Positions 26,682 through 36,116 of a stretch of DNA of 64,000 nucleotides are shown here, in pieces. A program made the position numbers and the translations under genes. The stretch lies in assembly GCA_964576275.1 (NCBI GenBank), contig CAZNUN010000008.1, forward strand, positions 32,441 to 96,440. Reading direction: 5' to 3'. The notes under the pieces were generated by a model. That model was not told the origin of the DNA. It worked only from the letters and a program-made list of their open reading frames with translations, and made no database searches. Position 1 is the stretch's first letter, and the number at the start of each line of letters is the position of its first letter. Source of the stretch: an uncultured bacterium. Its GTDB lineage: Bacteria; Fidelibacterota; UBA2242.

Positions 26682-27734
26682 TCAGTCGCCGCGATAGATC
26701 AGACCGAGACTGCCAAACCATTTATCGTAATATAATCCACAGTAATGGGTCTCGTTGCGCATGAAAGCCGCGCGGCCGGTGAGAGCCAGGTTTTTCCAGA
26801 ACGGCCATTCCCATCCGAAAAGCAATTGGTTTTGGACATTTTGCTCCGGGTCGGGATTGTAATAGAGGAAGTACTGACGTAAATCCGCCCGGTATTTTTT
26901 CAGGAAAACATCGGCGACGATCTGATAATAACACGGCCCGATCTTTCCGGAAAGGTAATAATTCAAACTGGCGCCGAGATATTCGGAGAATTGATTGTTG
27001 GAAGTGACTTCAACGAGTCTCAGACGCAGACCGTGAAGCGCCCGGCGCCGCCGTTCAAAACCGATCTGACCGAAGACATAGCTATCCCGCTGGAGGCCCA
27101 ATGTATCCAGTACGGAATTGTCTTCAGCCAGGACATTTCTGAAGGGATAATCAATTCCGATCCAGCCGCCTTGTGCTGAGAATACCAGACCCGGATTGAT
27201 CTGACGCCGGAGTTCGGCTGATCCGCCAAGATGACGATTGGTGAGGCATTTTTTATGGTGATATGAATTTTCGGCGGTTAGGATGCTGAAGATGGTTGTC
27301 CAGTGTTGAAAATTCCAGCCAGCGCCGATCCTGCCGTCGCTGTTATTGTAGAAAAAATCATCATACAGCCACCACTTTTGAAAAGTACTGACCGCCGACG
27401 TAATGAAGAGCGACCGGCTGAGATTATAATTAGCCTGGGCGATCAGGTTTAATGTGGCTTTATTTTCCGCGTGACGATCGTAAGCCAGAAAACCGCCGGT
27501 TGAGTTAATAGATACATTCAGACGTTGTTTGTTCAGCCGGTAGCTCAGGTTCGCTATAACCGGCATTACCACACTGTTTCTGGAAATGGAATCGGACTCA
27601 AAGATGTTCGTTTCCATACCGCCTTCAATCTTGAAATAGCCAGACAGGTTTTGTCCTCCCTGAATGCCGGCGGCGAGGTTCAGAAAAATCCCGAAATGAA
27701 TAATTAGGCGTTGGCGACCACTGATTGATAACAT
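26682..27734 (-). CDS. Hypothetical outer-membrane beta-barrel-like protein
   Basis: 350 aa. N-terminal hydrophobic segment, Y/W/F-rich alternating strands. No recognisable family. Confidence 0.35.
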   Translation of the reverse strand: MLSISGRQRLIIHFGIFLNLAAGIQGGQNLSGYFKIEGGMETNIFESDSISRNSVVMPVIANLSYRLNKQRLNVSINSTGGFLAYDRHAENKATLNLIAQANYNLSRSLFITSAVSTFQKWWLYDDFFYNNSDGRIGAGWNFQHWTTIFSILTAENSYHHKKCLTNRHLGGSAELRRQINPGLVFSAQGGWIGIDYPFRNVLAEDNSVLDTLGLQRDSYVFGQIGFERRRRALHGLRLRLVEVTSNNQFSEYLGASLNYYLSGKIGPCYYQIVADVFLKKYRADLRQYFLYYNPDPEQNVQNQLLFGWEWPFWKNLALTGRAAFMRNETHYCGLYYDKWFGSLGLIYRGD

Positions 27735-27745
27735 TCAGCGGAAAT

Positions 27746-28723
27746 TTACTTAATTCCGTTGATTTCCTGTAGTTGTTTCTGGTAATAGTTGCGGAGCGAG
27801 TCCATTTGGGCTATATACGATGGCAGGTTGTTGGTTGGAATTTTTTGAAAAAGCGACAGGTAATCCGCCGTCGTTGATATTTGAGTAGTGATGGGAAGAG
27901 CGGCATTATCCGTCTGGGATAAGGCGTCTTTTCCTCCGTTGTTATATGTGGGTTCTGTCCAGGTTGTCCCGTCGGTCTGATCGCGATCGTTATTTTGCAG
28001 AGCGATTTCCCGGTTAACTGCTTCTCCGCTGAAGCCGGTCATTTCCAGATTCAGCTGGTTCAGCCTCTGACGCAGGTCTCTTTCGGCAATGGCGGCGGTG
28101 ATAATCATATCTATCTGCCGGATTTTATCGTCGAGAATTCGGATGACATCGGTGCGGATCGCGGCGCTGTGTTTGTATTTGGTTAACAGGGCGATGACGT
28201 TTTCGTATTTATTGGATAAAACCGGTTCGTTCGGCGTTGGCGGTCGGCTGGCGATAATTTGTCCTCGTTGCTCGATTAACTCAATCAGTTCGCGGGTGAG
28301 ATTTTGTCGTTGGCGCGGATCGGCGGTGTGATCGTACCGCTGCAGGATGGATTCGATGCGTGTTGAAATGAGGGTGTAATATTTATTGAAAATTAGATCT
28401 ACGGAAGTTTTTTGGGTAACTAATTTTGTTCTGATGTCAGTCATTTTGGAGCTGACTTCGGCTTTGCGGGCGGTTAGACGGGAGATTTTTCTGTTTGTAT
28501 TCCAGTTGGCGTTTTCCGCCGAGCCGAGTCGTAAAATTTGGGCATCGAGCGCGGCGATATCTTTTTCGAGTTGACTGTAAGACAAAGTCAATTCATGATA
28601 TTTACTCAGGGTTTGAGCGTACTGGACTCGGTAATAAGCAAGGCTGTCAGTAGAGGTCGCATTCAGCTTAATCGTCAGCAGAAAGATGAGCGCAATGGTC
28701 ACAAGGCATAGATGTTTATTCAT
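27746..28723 (-). CDS. Secreted coiled-coil protein, encoded immediately downstream of the two-component system
   Basis: Signal peptide 'LVTIALIFLLTIKLNA'. Long heptad-like Q/L/R/E-rich helices. No recognisable enzymatic motif. Confidence 0.4.
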   Translation of the reverse strand: MNKHLCLVTIALIFLLTIKLNATSTDSLAYYRVQYAQTLSKYHELTLSYSQLEKDIAALDAQILRLGSAENANWNTNRKISRLTARKAEVSSKMTDIRTKLVTQKTSVDLIFNKYYTLISTRIESILQRYDHTADPRQRQNLTRELIELIEQRGQIIASRPPTPNEPVLSNKYENVIALLTKYKHSAAIRTDVIRILDDKIRQIDMIITAAIAERDLRQRLNQLNLEMTGFSGEAVNREIALQNNDRDQTDGTTWTEPTYNNGGKDALSQTDNAALPITTQISTTADYLSLFQKIPTNNLPSYIAQMDSLRNYYQKQLQEINGIK

Positions 28724-30092
28724 ATTCTTCCGGTTTAATGCTATACTTTTCGATTTTATAATAGAGAGTACCGGGCTTGATTTTCAGCTGTTCGGCGGCG
28801 CGCTGTTTAACGCCATGCTGGTCGTGCATAGCCTTAACGATCATTTCGCGTTCAATCCGCCCGATGTGAGTGGAAAAATCGCGATCCGGCGTTTTTTCTG
28901 CGCCTGAGGGAGTGGATGATTTTTCTGGTAAATCACTAAAGTCGAACAGTGTTTCCGAGAAAATATCCTCTTCTACGAAAACCAGCGCCCGCTCGATGAA
29001 ATTTTCCAGTTCGCGCACGTTGCCCGGCCAGGAGTAGGCGGTAAGGCGGTCAATGACGCCGGATTCGATTTGCGGCGTCTTACGTCCCTGTCGGGTGGCT
29101 TTAAGTTTCAGCAAATTATCAATAAGGAGTGGAATATCTGACCGACGTTCCCGCAAGGGTGGAATTGACAACGGAATGACATTTATACGATAGTACAAAT
29201 CGGAACGAAACTGGCCGTCCTTGATCTGTTGTTCCAGGTTTTTATTGGTAGCGCAGATCAGACGGAAATTGCTATGGATGAATTTTTCTCCGCCGACCCG
29301 CTGGAATTGTTTGGTCTGCAGAACGCGCAGAAGTTTAACCTGTAAACCGGCGGACATATCGCCGATCTCATCAAGAAACAGCGTGCCGCCGTGACTCTGT
29401 TCGAATTTTCCGGCGTGCGTTTTATGTGCACCGGTGAAAGCGCCTTTTTCATGCCCGAAGAGTTCGCTTTCCAGGATTGTTTCGGTCAGCGCACCGCAAT
29501 TGACTGCCAGAAACGGACCTTTATGCTGTTGACTTGCCTGATGAATCAGGCGAGCTACCAGTTCTTTACCGACACCGCTTTCACCAGTAATCAGCACCGG
29601 GCTGTCGCTCGGAGCGATTTTAGCGATTATCTGGCGGATTTGCCGGATGGCGGGCGAGTCGCCGATCAATACGGGAAGATCGGATTCTTGGTTAAGGGGT
29701 TTCTGTTGGTTCAGCCAACGGTGGTAGAGAATCTCAACTTTGCGGCGCAGTTCGGCCAGCGCGAAGGGCTTAGTGATAAAATCTTCGGCGCCGCATTTCA
29801 TGGCGTTCACCGCCAGGTCAACCGTGGCAAAGGCGGTTATCAGAACTATTGTGGTGGCAGGCTGCACCTCTTTGATTTTTTTCATAAGAGCCAGCCCGTC
29901 CATTCCCGGCATTTTTATATCGGTGATGATTAATTCAAAGGATTTATTCTGGATCGTTTCCCAGGCTTGTTGACCGTCACTGACCGTTGAGACTGCGTAA
30001 CCTTCTTTGACGAGCGAATCCCGCAGACCTTCACGCATGGATTGGTTGTCTTCGACGATTAGGATGCGATAGTTAACTGGCAGTGGATTCAT
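28716..30092 (-). CDS. Sigma54-dependent response regulator (NtrC/AtoC family: REC + AAA+ + Fis-type HTH)
   Basis: 'ILIVEDNQSMREG...ELIITDIKMPGMDGL' (REC), 'GESGVGKELVARLIH' (Walker A), 'ESELFGHEKGAFTGA' (GAFTGA sigma54-contact loop) and a C-terminal HTH. Confidence 0.85.
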   Translation of the reverse strand: MNPLPVNYRILIVEDNQSMREGLRDSLVKEGYAVSTVSDGQQAWETIQNKSFELIITDIKMPGMDGLALMKKIKEVQPATTIVLITAFATVDLAVNAMKCGAEDFITKPFALAELRRKVEILYHRWLNQQKPLNQESDLPVLIGDSPAIRQIRQIIAKIAPSDSPVLITGESGVGKELVARLIHQASQQHKGPFLAVNCGALTETILESELFGHEKGAFTGAHKTHAGKFEQSHGGTLFLDEIGDMSAGLQVKLLRVLQTKQFQRVGGEKFIHSNFRLICATNKNLEQQIKDGQFRSDLYYRINVIPLSIPPLRERRSDIPLLIDNLLKLKATRQGRKTPQIESGVIDRLTAYSWPGNVRELENFIERALVFVEEDIFSETLFDFSDLPEKSSTPSGAEKTPDRDFSTHIGRIEREMIVKAMHDQHGVKQRAAEQLKIKPGTLYYKIEKYSIKPEEYE

Positions 30093-31519
30093 ATTTTCTC
30101 CGGGAGAATTAGGACAAATTCCGTGCCGCTTTGATCCGAGTGATCTAAATAGAGACGCCCGCCATGTTGTTCGACGAGAGATTTAGCGATCGATAATCCC
30201 AGACCGACGCCGTCCGCTTTGGTGCTGAAAAAAGCCTCAAAAATTTGAGACCGGATTTCCGGGGAAATCGGCGATCCACTGTTGCGGAAGTGGATAGCGA
30301 TATGATCTGTATGATTGACGATCTCGACCTTGACCTGCGGTGTCAGTCGGTTGGCTTCGAGGCCGTTGCGGATCAGATTAGCCAGACAGGAACGGAGTTT
30401 TCCAGGGTTGGCTTTGACCTGCGCCCGGCCGCTGATATTGATTGCGGCTTCCGGGAAATCGCGTTTTAATTCAAGGCTGACTTCATTTAAAAGATCGCTT
30501 AGTTCGCAAGTGATCAGATTGGCTTCCATAGGCCGGGCATAGGATAGGAAAGATTCGACGATCAGCGCCAGTCGGTCAACTTCGCGGGCAATTGCCGCCG
30601 CATATTTGGCGGCGGGGGTTGCTTCGCCGGTTTCTTCGAGCAATAGTTCGGAATTGATTTTCATGCCGCCCAGTGGATTACGGATTTCATGGGCGACCGA
30701 TGCTAAAAATTGTTTGTTTTGTTTCTCGCGCTGACTCAGCTCGGCGTGCATTTTCTGCATTGTCTGGCCCAGAAAGCCGATTTCGTCCCGGCGGGGATTA
30801 GGAACTGAAAGATCGCTGCGTCCCTGACCGATAGCCATAGCGTAGTCAGTCAGGTTTTCGAGCGGCCGGGTCAGCGTGCGCGCCAGAACCATAACCATCC
30901 CGATGCTGATGATCAAAACGACCGCCGTAAGGCTGAAAATCTGACGGCGTAATTTGGCGGTAATTCCTAAAAATTCGGCGCTGGCATCCAGTCCGAGGAT
31001 TACCGTTTGTTCGGGATTCCGCAGTACCTCAGAAAAAACCGATTTATAGAATTGTCCGTTCCGATCAACAAAGAGCGGCGAGGTTATGATTTGGCCAGCG
31101 GCGGCGGATGAGATTTCATGAGTATGCAGTCGGGATGATAGTATGGCGCTTTCGGAATTTCCGGCAACTGCCAGCAAGCCTTTATGAGGAGCAATCAAAT
31201 ACAAGGCCTGGGCGTCGAAAATTTCAGCCTGACCATTTAACCAACGCTGTAAAGAATCGCGGACGGAGTTTAGCGCCGGATATGAAGCTAACAGATTGAC
31301 GAGATTCGGATCGGCGTGAGAACAGATCAACTGGATATTTTGTTCCAATTGTCTGGTTAATTGGTTTTCAAGCGCCTGGCGGGTTTGCCAGTAAACAGGA
31401 TAAGTGATCGCCAGGGTGACGAAAATTACCAGCAATCCGGTAAAGATCGCAAACTTCCAGGCCAGTCTGACCGGTGGTTGATTTGGTTTGGCGGATTCGC
31501 CTAAGGGATAATTATTCAT
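30089..31519 (-). CDS. Sensor histidine kinase (2 TM with a periplasmic sensor, HisKA + HATPase_c)
   Basis: 'LASVAHEIRNPLGGM' H-box. The C-terminal part 'GVGLGLSIAKSLVEQHGGRLYL' has G-box-like motifs. ATGA overlap with the regulator. Confidence 0.8.
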   Translation of the reverse strand: MNNYPLGESAKPNQPPVRLAWKFAIFTGLLVIFVTLAITYPVYWQTRQALENQLTRQLEQNIQLICSHADPNLVNLLASYPALNSVRDSLQRWLNGQAEIFDAQALYLIAPHKGLLAVAGNSESAILSSRLHTHEISSAAAGQIITSPLFVDRNGQFYKSVFSEVLRNPEQTVILGLDASAEFLGITAKLRRQIFSLTAVVLIISIGMVMVLARTLTRPLENLTDYAMAIGQGRSDLSVPNPRRDEIGFLGQTMQKMHAELSQREKQNKQFLASVAHEIRNPLGGMKINSELLLEETGEATPAAKYAAAIAREVDRLALIVESFLSYARPMEANLITCELSDLLNEVSLELKRDFPEAAINISGRAQVKANPGKLRSCLANLIRNGLEANRLTPQVKVEIVNHTDHIAIHFRNSGSPISPEIRSQIFEAFFSTKADGVGLGLSIAKSLVEQHGGRLYLDHSDQSGTEFVLILPEKI

Positions 31520-31533
31520 CGGATTTTTAGTAG

Positions 31534-33189
31534 TTAAATATTAGGATTGTCTCCACACACCTGCCTGAAAATACGCAGAAAATTACCTCCCATGATCTTG
31601 GCGATTTCTTCCTCAGTATAGCCTTCATTCAGCAAAGCGCCGGTCAATCTCGGAAAATAGGATACATCCTGTAGATCACCCGGCCAGACTTCGATCCCGT
31701 CAAAATCCGAACCGATGCCGACATAATCAACGCCAACCAGGTTAACGATATAATTGATATGGTTGATGACGTCATTCAGAGAGGCATTGCTTGAACCGTT
31801 TAAAAAGTAAGGGTAGAAGCAGGCGCCGATCAATCCTCCTCCGGCGGCAATTGCCCGTATCTGATCGTCGCTCAAATTGCGGTAATGGTTACAGAGCGCC
31901 CGGGCATTTGAATGGGACGCTATGATCGGATTTTTGGAGGTTGCCAGGATATCGGAAATGGTCTGGATGCCGACATGTGAGACGTCAATTATCATGCCGA
32001 GTGAGTCCATCGCGGCTATTACTTTCCGTCCGAAGGCATTCAAGCCACCGGCGCGGGTTCCGCGGGCTTCATCTTTGGCGGAAACAGCCCAGGACGTGCT
32101 GTTATTCCAGGTGATGGTCATGCCGCGCACGCCCAGATCGTAGAAATATTTTAATTTATCGACATCGTTTTCAATATAATGACCACCTTCCAGGAAGATT
32201 ATTCCGGCGATTCGATCATCATTTACCGCACTGTCCAGGGCGGTATAATTTCTGATATGTTGAATTGTTTCTGGATTGGCAGTAAACTCGGCGGTAAGGC
32301 GGTTATATTGATTGATGGCCGTCTGATAAGCGCCGTTTGAAGCGCTGTCCCAGATGGCGAAAACCTGGATGTCCAATCCGCCATCCTGGAGGCGGGGAAT
32401 ATCGGTATGTAAATATGAATGACGGTCTGCAAGGTGATAATTGGCATAGGCAGATTTAGCCATTTGCTCGGAAATATCGTTGTGCATGTCGGCAACGCGG
32501 ACATAGGAATGCACAGATTGCAGAAAGGTTGTAAAATAGGTATGCTCGGAAGTCGTAATCAGCGTATCGGAATGGTAGCCGAATTTCGAGCTGACGATCC
32601 GCAGATCGGAGACGTTCGGTTTGGATAAGAACCGGGCTTGGTCGTCGGTTGGGCTGATATCGCCTAACCCGCCGGTTAGACTGCCGTCCAGTTGGATCAT
32701 TTTACGCGTGATTTGTTTTTGACCGGTTCGAATAGTATAAAAGTAAACTCCAGCGCTTCCTTGGCTTTTCCAGGTTGTCGAATAAGAACCTGCGGGGAGA
32801 TATTTGTGACAGCGATCGATTGTCTGACCCAGCAGATTGGTGACCGTGATCTCAATCGCGCCGTCACTTGGTAAATAAAAGGGCAGATTTGTCACCGGAT
32901 TAAATGGATTGGGGTAATTCTGCAGAACGCGGAATTCATCCGGCAAGTTAAACTCGTCACTTTTCATCTTGTTTGGAAAGGACAGGCTCCAGTCGCCATT
33001 GCCGTCGGTAAAGGTTGAATCGCAGGAGCCCGATTCGGTATCGCAGATCGTGATCCGAACGTTGCGAATGGGAGCATCGGTGTGGAAATCGGAAACCCGG
33101 CCGCCATAGGTTGCCGACCAGGCGGATAAAGCCGGGATGGCAATCAAGGCGCCCTGTAAAATTCGTCGGATTATATTTTGACCGGTCAT
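31534..33189 (-). CDS. Membrane dipeptidase (peptidase M19, renal-dipeptidase family) with an internal, N-terminally placed T9SS-CTD-like/FlgD-Ig domain
   Basis: M19: 'VADMHNDISEQ', 'GLDIQVFAIW', 'GIIFLEGGHYIEN', 'VSHVGIQTI', 'ASHSNARALCNHYRNLSDDQIR' and 'GIGSDFDGI'. Upstream of it (aa ~85-170): 'LQNYPNPFNPVTNLPFYLPSDGAIEITVTNLLGQTI...GVYFYTIRTGQKQITRKMIQL', which is CTD-like but not C-terminal. Signal peptide. Confidence 0.7.
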   Translation of the reverse strand: MTGQNIIRRILQGALIAIPALSAWSATYGGRVSDFHTDAPIRNVRITICDTESGSCDSTFTDGNGDWSLSFPNKMKSDEFNLPDEFRVLQNYPNPFNPVTNLPFYLPSDGAIEITVTNLLGQTIDRCHKYLPAGSYSTTWKSQGSAGVYFYTIRTGQKQITRKMIQLDGSLTGGLGDISPTDDQARFLSKPNVSDLRIVSSKFGYHSDTLITTSEHTYFTTFLQSVHSYVRVADMHNDISEQMAKSAYANYHLADRHSYLHTDIPRLQDGGLDIQVFAIWDSASNGAYQTAINQYNRLTAEFTANPETIQHIRNYTALDSAVNDDRIAGIIFLEGGHYIENDVDKLKYFYDLGVRGMTITWNNSTSWAVSAKDEARGTRAGGLNAFGRKVIAAMDSLGMIIDVSHVGIQTISDILATSKNPIIASHSNARALCNHYRNLSDDQIRAIAAGGGLIGACFYPYFLNGSSNASLNDVINHINYIVNLVGVDYVGIGSDFDGIEVWPGDLQDVSYFPRLTGALLNEGYTEEEIAKIMGGNFLRIFRQVCGDNPNI

Positions 33190-33232
33190 CAGTCAGCCCT
33201 TTGATCTGGTTAATTAACGATTGTCATACTAA

Positions 33233-33255
33233 CGCTAAATTTAGAACATTTAGCG
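33233..33255. promoter_or_regulatory. Inverted repeat in the divergent promoter region between the M19/two-component array and the LKR gene
   Basis: 'cgctaaat-ttagaac-atttagcg' is an 8-bp perfect IR. Coordinates +/-2. Confidence 0.25.
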
Positions 33256-33373
33256 GATTGCCAAATTGGAATTATCAGAAATTGTAATTGTATTTTGAAA
33301 GCACTCAGCAAGAATTACTTCCCTTTCTCCGATGAAAAACTTAAATTTATTAAGTTAACAACGGAGATTTGTG

Positions 33374-34687
33374 ATGATTTTCGGAATCCGGCAAGAAGAT
33401 AAAAATGAATGGGAAGCGCGCACACCTTTAACCCCGGCGCATGTCAAAACACTGATGGACAATTATTTCGTAAAATTCATCGTTCAGCCATCACCAATCC
33501 GGGCTTTCCGGGATGAAGATTACCGGGCGGCGGGGGCGGAAATCAATCCCGATCTCAGCACTTGCGACGTTATCCTGGCGGTCAAAGAAATTCCAGTGGA
33601 ATTATTGCTCCCGAATAAAAAATACCTGTTTTTCTCTCACACGATCAAAGGTCAGCGCTACAATATGCCGATGCTGAAACGACTGGTGGATTTGCGGACT
33701 ACGCTGATCGATTATGAAAGGATTGTCGACGAGAAGGGCAAGCGCCTGGTGTTTTTCGGAAGATTTGCCGGAATCGCCGGGATGCTGGATACGCTTTGGG
33801 CGCTCGGCCAGCGTCTGGAACTGGAAGGTTTTACGACTCAATTCTCCGAAGTGAAACGCGCTTTGCATTATGCCGATCTGGAAAGTGCTAAAAAAGCCCT
33901 GACCATCGTTGGTAAGAAAATCAGAGCCCGAGGGATTCCCGGTGCTGCGACGCCTCTGGTTTTCGGCTTTGCCGGGTATGGCAATGTTTCCCGCGGAGCG
34001 CAGGAAATTTTCGATTTGCTGCCTTTCGAGGAGGTCAAACCGCAAAATCTGACAGAAATTTCTCGGCAGGATAACTTTTCAGCCAATCGTTTATACAAGG
34101 TCGTCTTTACCGAAGCCGATATGTTTCGCCCCAAGAATCCAACGGATCGTTTTGATCTTCAGGATTATTTTTCGCATCCTGAAAAGTACGAATCGCGATT
34201 TGAAGAATATATTCCATATCTGAGCGTTCTAGTAAATGCGATTTACTGGGACGCACGCTGTCCGAAATTAGTGACGCGAAAATATCTGCGAAAAGCTTAC
34301 AAAACCGGGCAGCCGCGATTTCTGAAGGTCATCGGTGACATTACCTGCGATATAAATGGTTCGATCGAATGCAATCTGGCGGCTACGACACCCGGCGATC
34401 CGGTTTATGTCTATGATCCTTTAACTGAGAAAATCACTTCCGGCGTCGCTGGACGCGGTCCGGTCGTATTAGCTGTCGATAATTTACCCTGTGAATTGCC
34501 GCGCGACTCCTCGGCGATGTTCGGCGATGTCCTGATTAATTTTATCGCGCAGCTGAGTAAAGCCGATTTTTCAAAGCCGTTTGAAACCGTAAATCTGCCG
34601 CCGGAACTGAAGCGCGCAACACTGTTGTACGCCGGAGAATTCACCCCTGATTTTATCTATATGTCCAAATATATCGAGAATCTTTGA
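33374..34687 (+). CDS. Lysine-ketoglutarate reductase (saccharopine dehydrogenase, L-lysine-forming; AlaDH/PNT fold), matching the LKR half of animal AASS
   Basis: 'GIRQEDKNEWEARTPLTPAHVK' matches AASS '[22 protein letters not shown]'. 'YLFFSHTIKGQRYNMPMLKRLVDLRTTLIDYERIVDEKGKRLVFFGRFAGIAGM' matches '[54 protein letters not shown]'. The track start 33371 is a GTG; the start was trimmed to the adjacent ATG, with 'GGAG' upstream. Confidence 0.8.
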   Translation: MIFGIRQEDKNEWEARTPLTPAHVKTLMDNYFVKFIVQPSPIRAFRDEDYRAAGAEINPDLSTCDVILAVKEIPVELLLPNKKYLFFSHTIKGQRYNMPMLKRLVDLRTTLIDYERIVDEKGKRLVFFGRFAGIAGMLDTLWALGQRLELEGFTTQFSEVKRALHYADLESAKKALTIVGKKIRARGIPGAATPLVFGFAGYGNVSRGAQEIFDLLPFEEVKPQNLTEISRQDNFSANRLYKVVFTEADMFRPKNPTDRFDLQDYFSHPEKYESRFEEYIPYLSVLVNAIYWDARCPKLVTRKYLRKAYKTGQPRFLKVIGDITCDINGSIECNLAATTPGDPVYVYDPLTEKITSGVAGRGPVVLAVDNLPCELPRDSSAMFGDVLINFIAQLSKADFSKPFETVNLPPELKRATLLYAGEFTPDFIYMSKYIENL

Positions 34688-34730
34688 TTTTAAAACAGAT
34701 GAATTTTACGCAAATCAATAAGGAGAGTTT

Positions 34731-36050
34731 ATGAAGAAAATTTTATTACTGGGGGCAGGCTTGGTTTCGCGGCCATTGACCCGCTATTTACTGGATGTTC
34801 CCGAATTTGAAATCACTGTCGCTACCCGGACGGTCAGTAAAGCCGAACACCTGATCGAAGGCCATCCGCGCGGGAAGGCTATAGCGCTCAATGTCGAAAA
34901 CGTCGATGAATTGCGCCGCCTGGTCAGCAAGTGCGATCTGGCGATCAGTCTGTTGCCGTATATTCATCATGTCAAGGTCGCCAACCTGTGTATCGAGTAT
35001 AAAAAACACATGGTGACGACTTCCTATATCAGTCCGGCTATGAAAGCCCTGGAAGATCAGGCCAAAGCCGCCGGTATTTTGATTCTGAATGAAATCGGTG
35101 TCGATCCGGGCATTGATCATATGTCGGCCATGCGCATCATACACGCCGTCGAAAAGAAGGGCGGCAGGGTCGTGAGTTTCAAGTCATACTGCGGCGGACT
35201 GCCGGCTCCGGAAGCCAATACTAATCCGTATGGTTACAAATTCAGTTGGAGTCCGCGCGGAGTGTTGATGGCCGGACGCAACGATGCTAAATATCTGGAA
35301 AACGGTAAAACTGTCGAGATTCCCGGTAAGCAATTATTTAAAAATCACTGGCCGTTGACCGTCGAAGGTATGAATTTTGAAACGTATCCGAACCGGAATT
35401 CTTTACCGTATATCGAGACTTACGGGCTGAAAGATGTGCATACTATGTTTCGCGGAACGATTCGCAATATCGGCTGGTGCGATACGCTATACTGCATCGC
35501 CAAACTCGGCGTCCTCAGCGATGAAAAACGAACCGACCTGGCCGGATTGACCTTTGACAGTCTGACCCGCAAATTGATCGACGCCAAACCAGATGAAAAC
35601 ACACGCTCGGCTTTAAAGCGTTTTCTGGGGGCCGATGCCAACGATAAAGTTCTTTCCAATCTGGAATGGCTGGGCTTGTTGAGCGATGAAACCCTGCCGG
35701 AGACCGATCCGACTCTACTGGATGTCATGACAGCTCGTTTTCTGGCGAAAATGCCTTACGCCGCAGAGGAACGCGATATGCTCGTTCTGTATCATGAATT
35801 CATGGCTGAATATCCGGGAAAGAAAGAAAAGATCACCTCGACCATGGTCGATTTCGGAATTCCCGGCGGCGACTCATCGATGGCGCGTACCGTCAGCCTG
35901 CCGGCTGCGATTGCCACCCGGTTGATCCTCGAAAACAAGATCAATCTGACTGGAGTGCTGGGGCCGGTTATGCCGGAAGTGTATAATCCGGTCCTGGACG
36001 AGCTGGAAACTTTGGATATTGTATGCAAGGAGCAAACTTTTCCACTCTGA
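34731..36050 (+). CDS. Saccharopine dehydrogenase (NADP+, L-glutamate-forming), matching the SDH half of AASS
   Basis: '[17 protein letters not shown]' (Rossmann), '[61 protein letters not shown]' and '[28 protein letters not shown]' are near-identical in pattern to AASS '[28 protein letters not shown]'. SD 'AAGGAGAG'. Confidence 0.85.
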   Translation: [439 protein letters not shown]

Positions 36051-36072
36051 TTGATTGGCTTAAATAAGCACA

Positions 36073-36103
36073 AAAAGGCTTTCGGTAACGGAAGCCTTTT
36101 TTT
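36073..36103 (+). terminator. Rho-independent terminator after the LKR/SDH pair
   Basis: 'aaaaaggctttcgg-taac-ggaagccttttttt'. Coordinates +/-2. Confidence 0.8.
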
Positions 36104-36116
36104 ATGAAAATAATCC

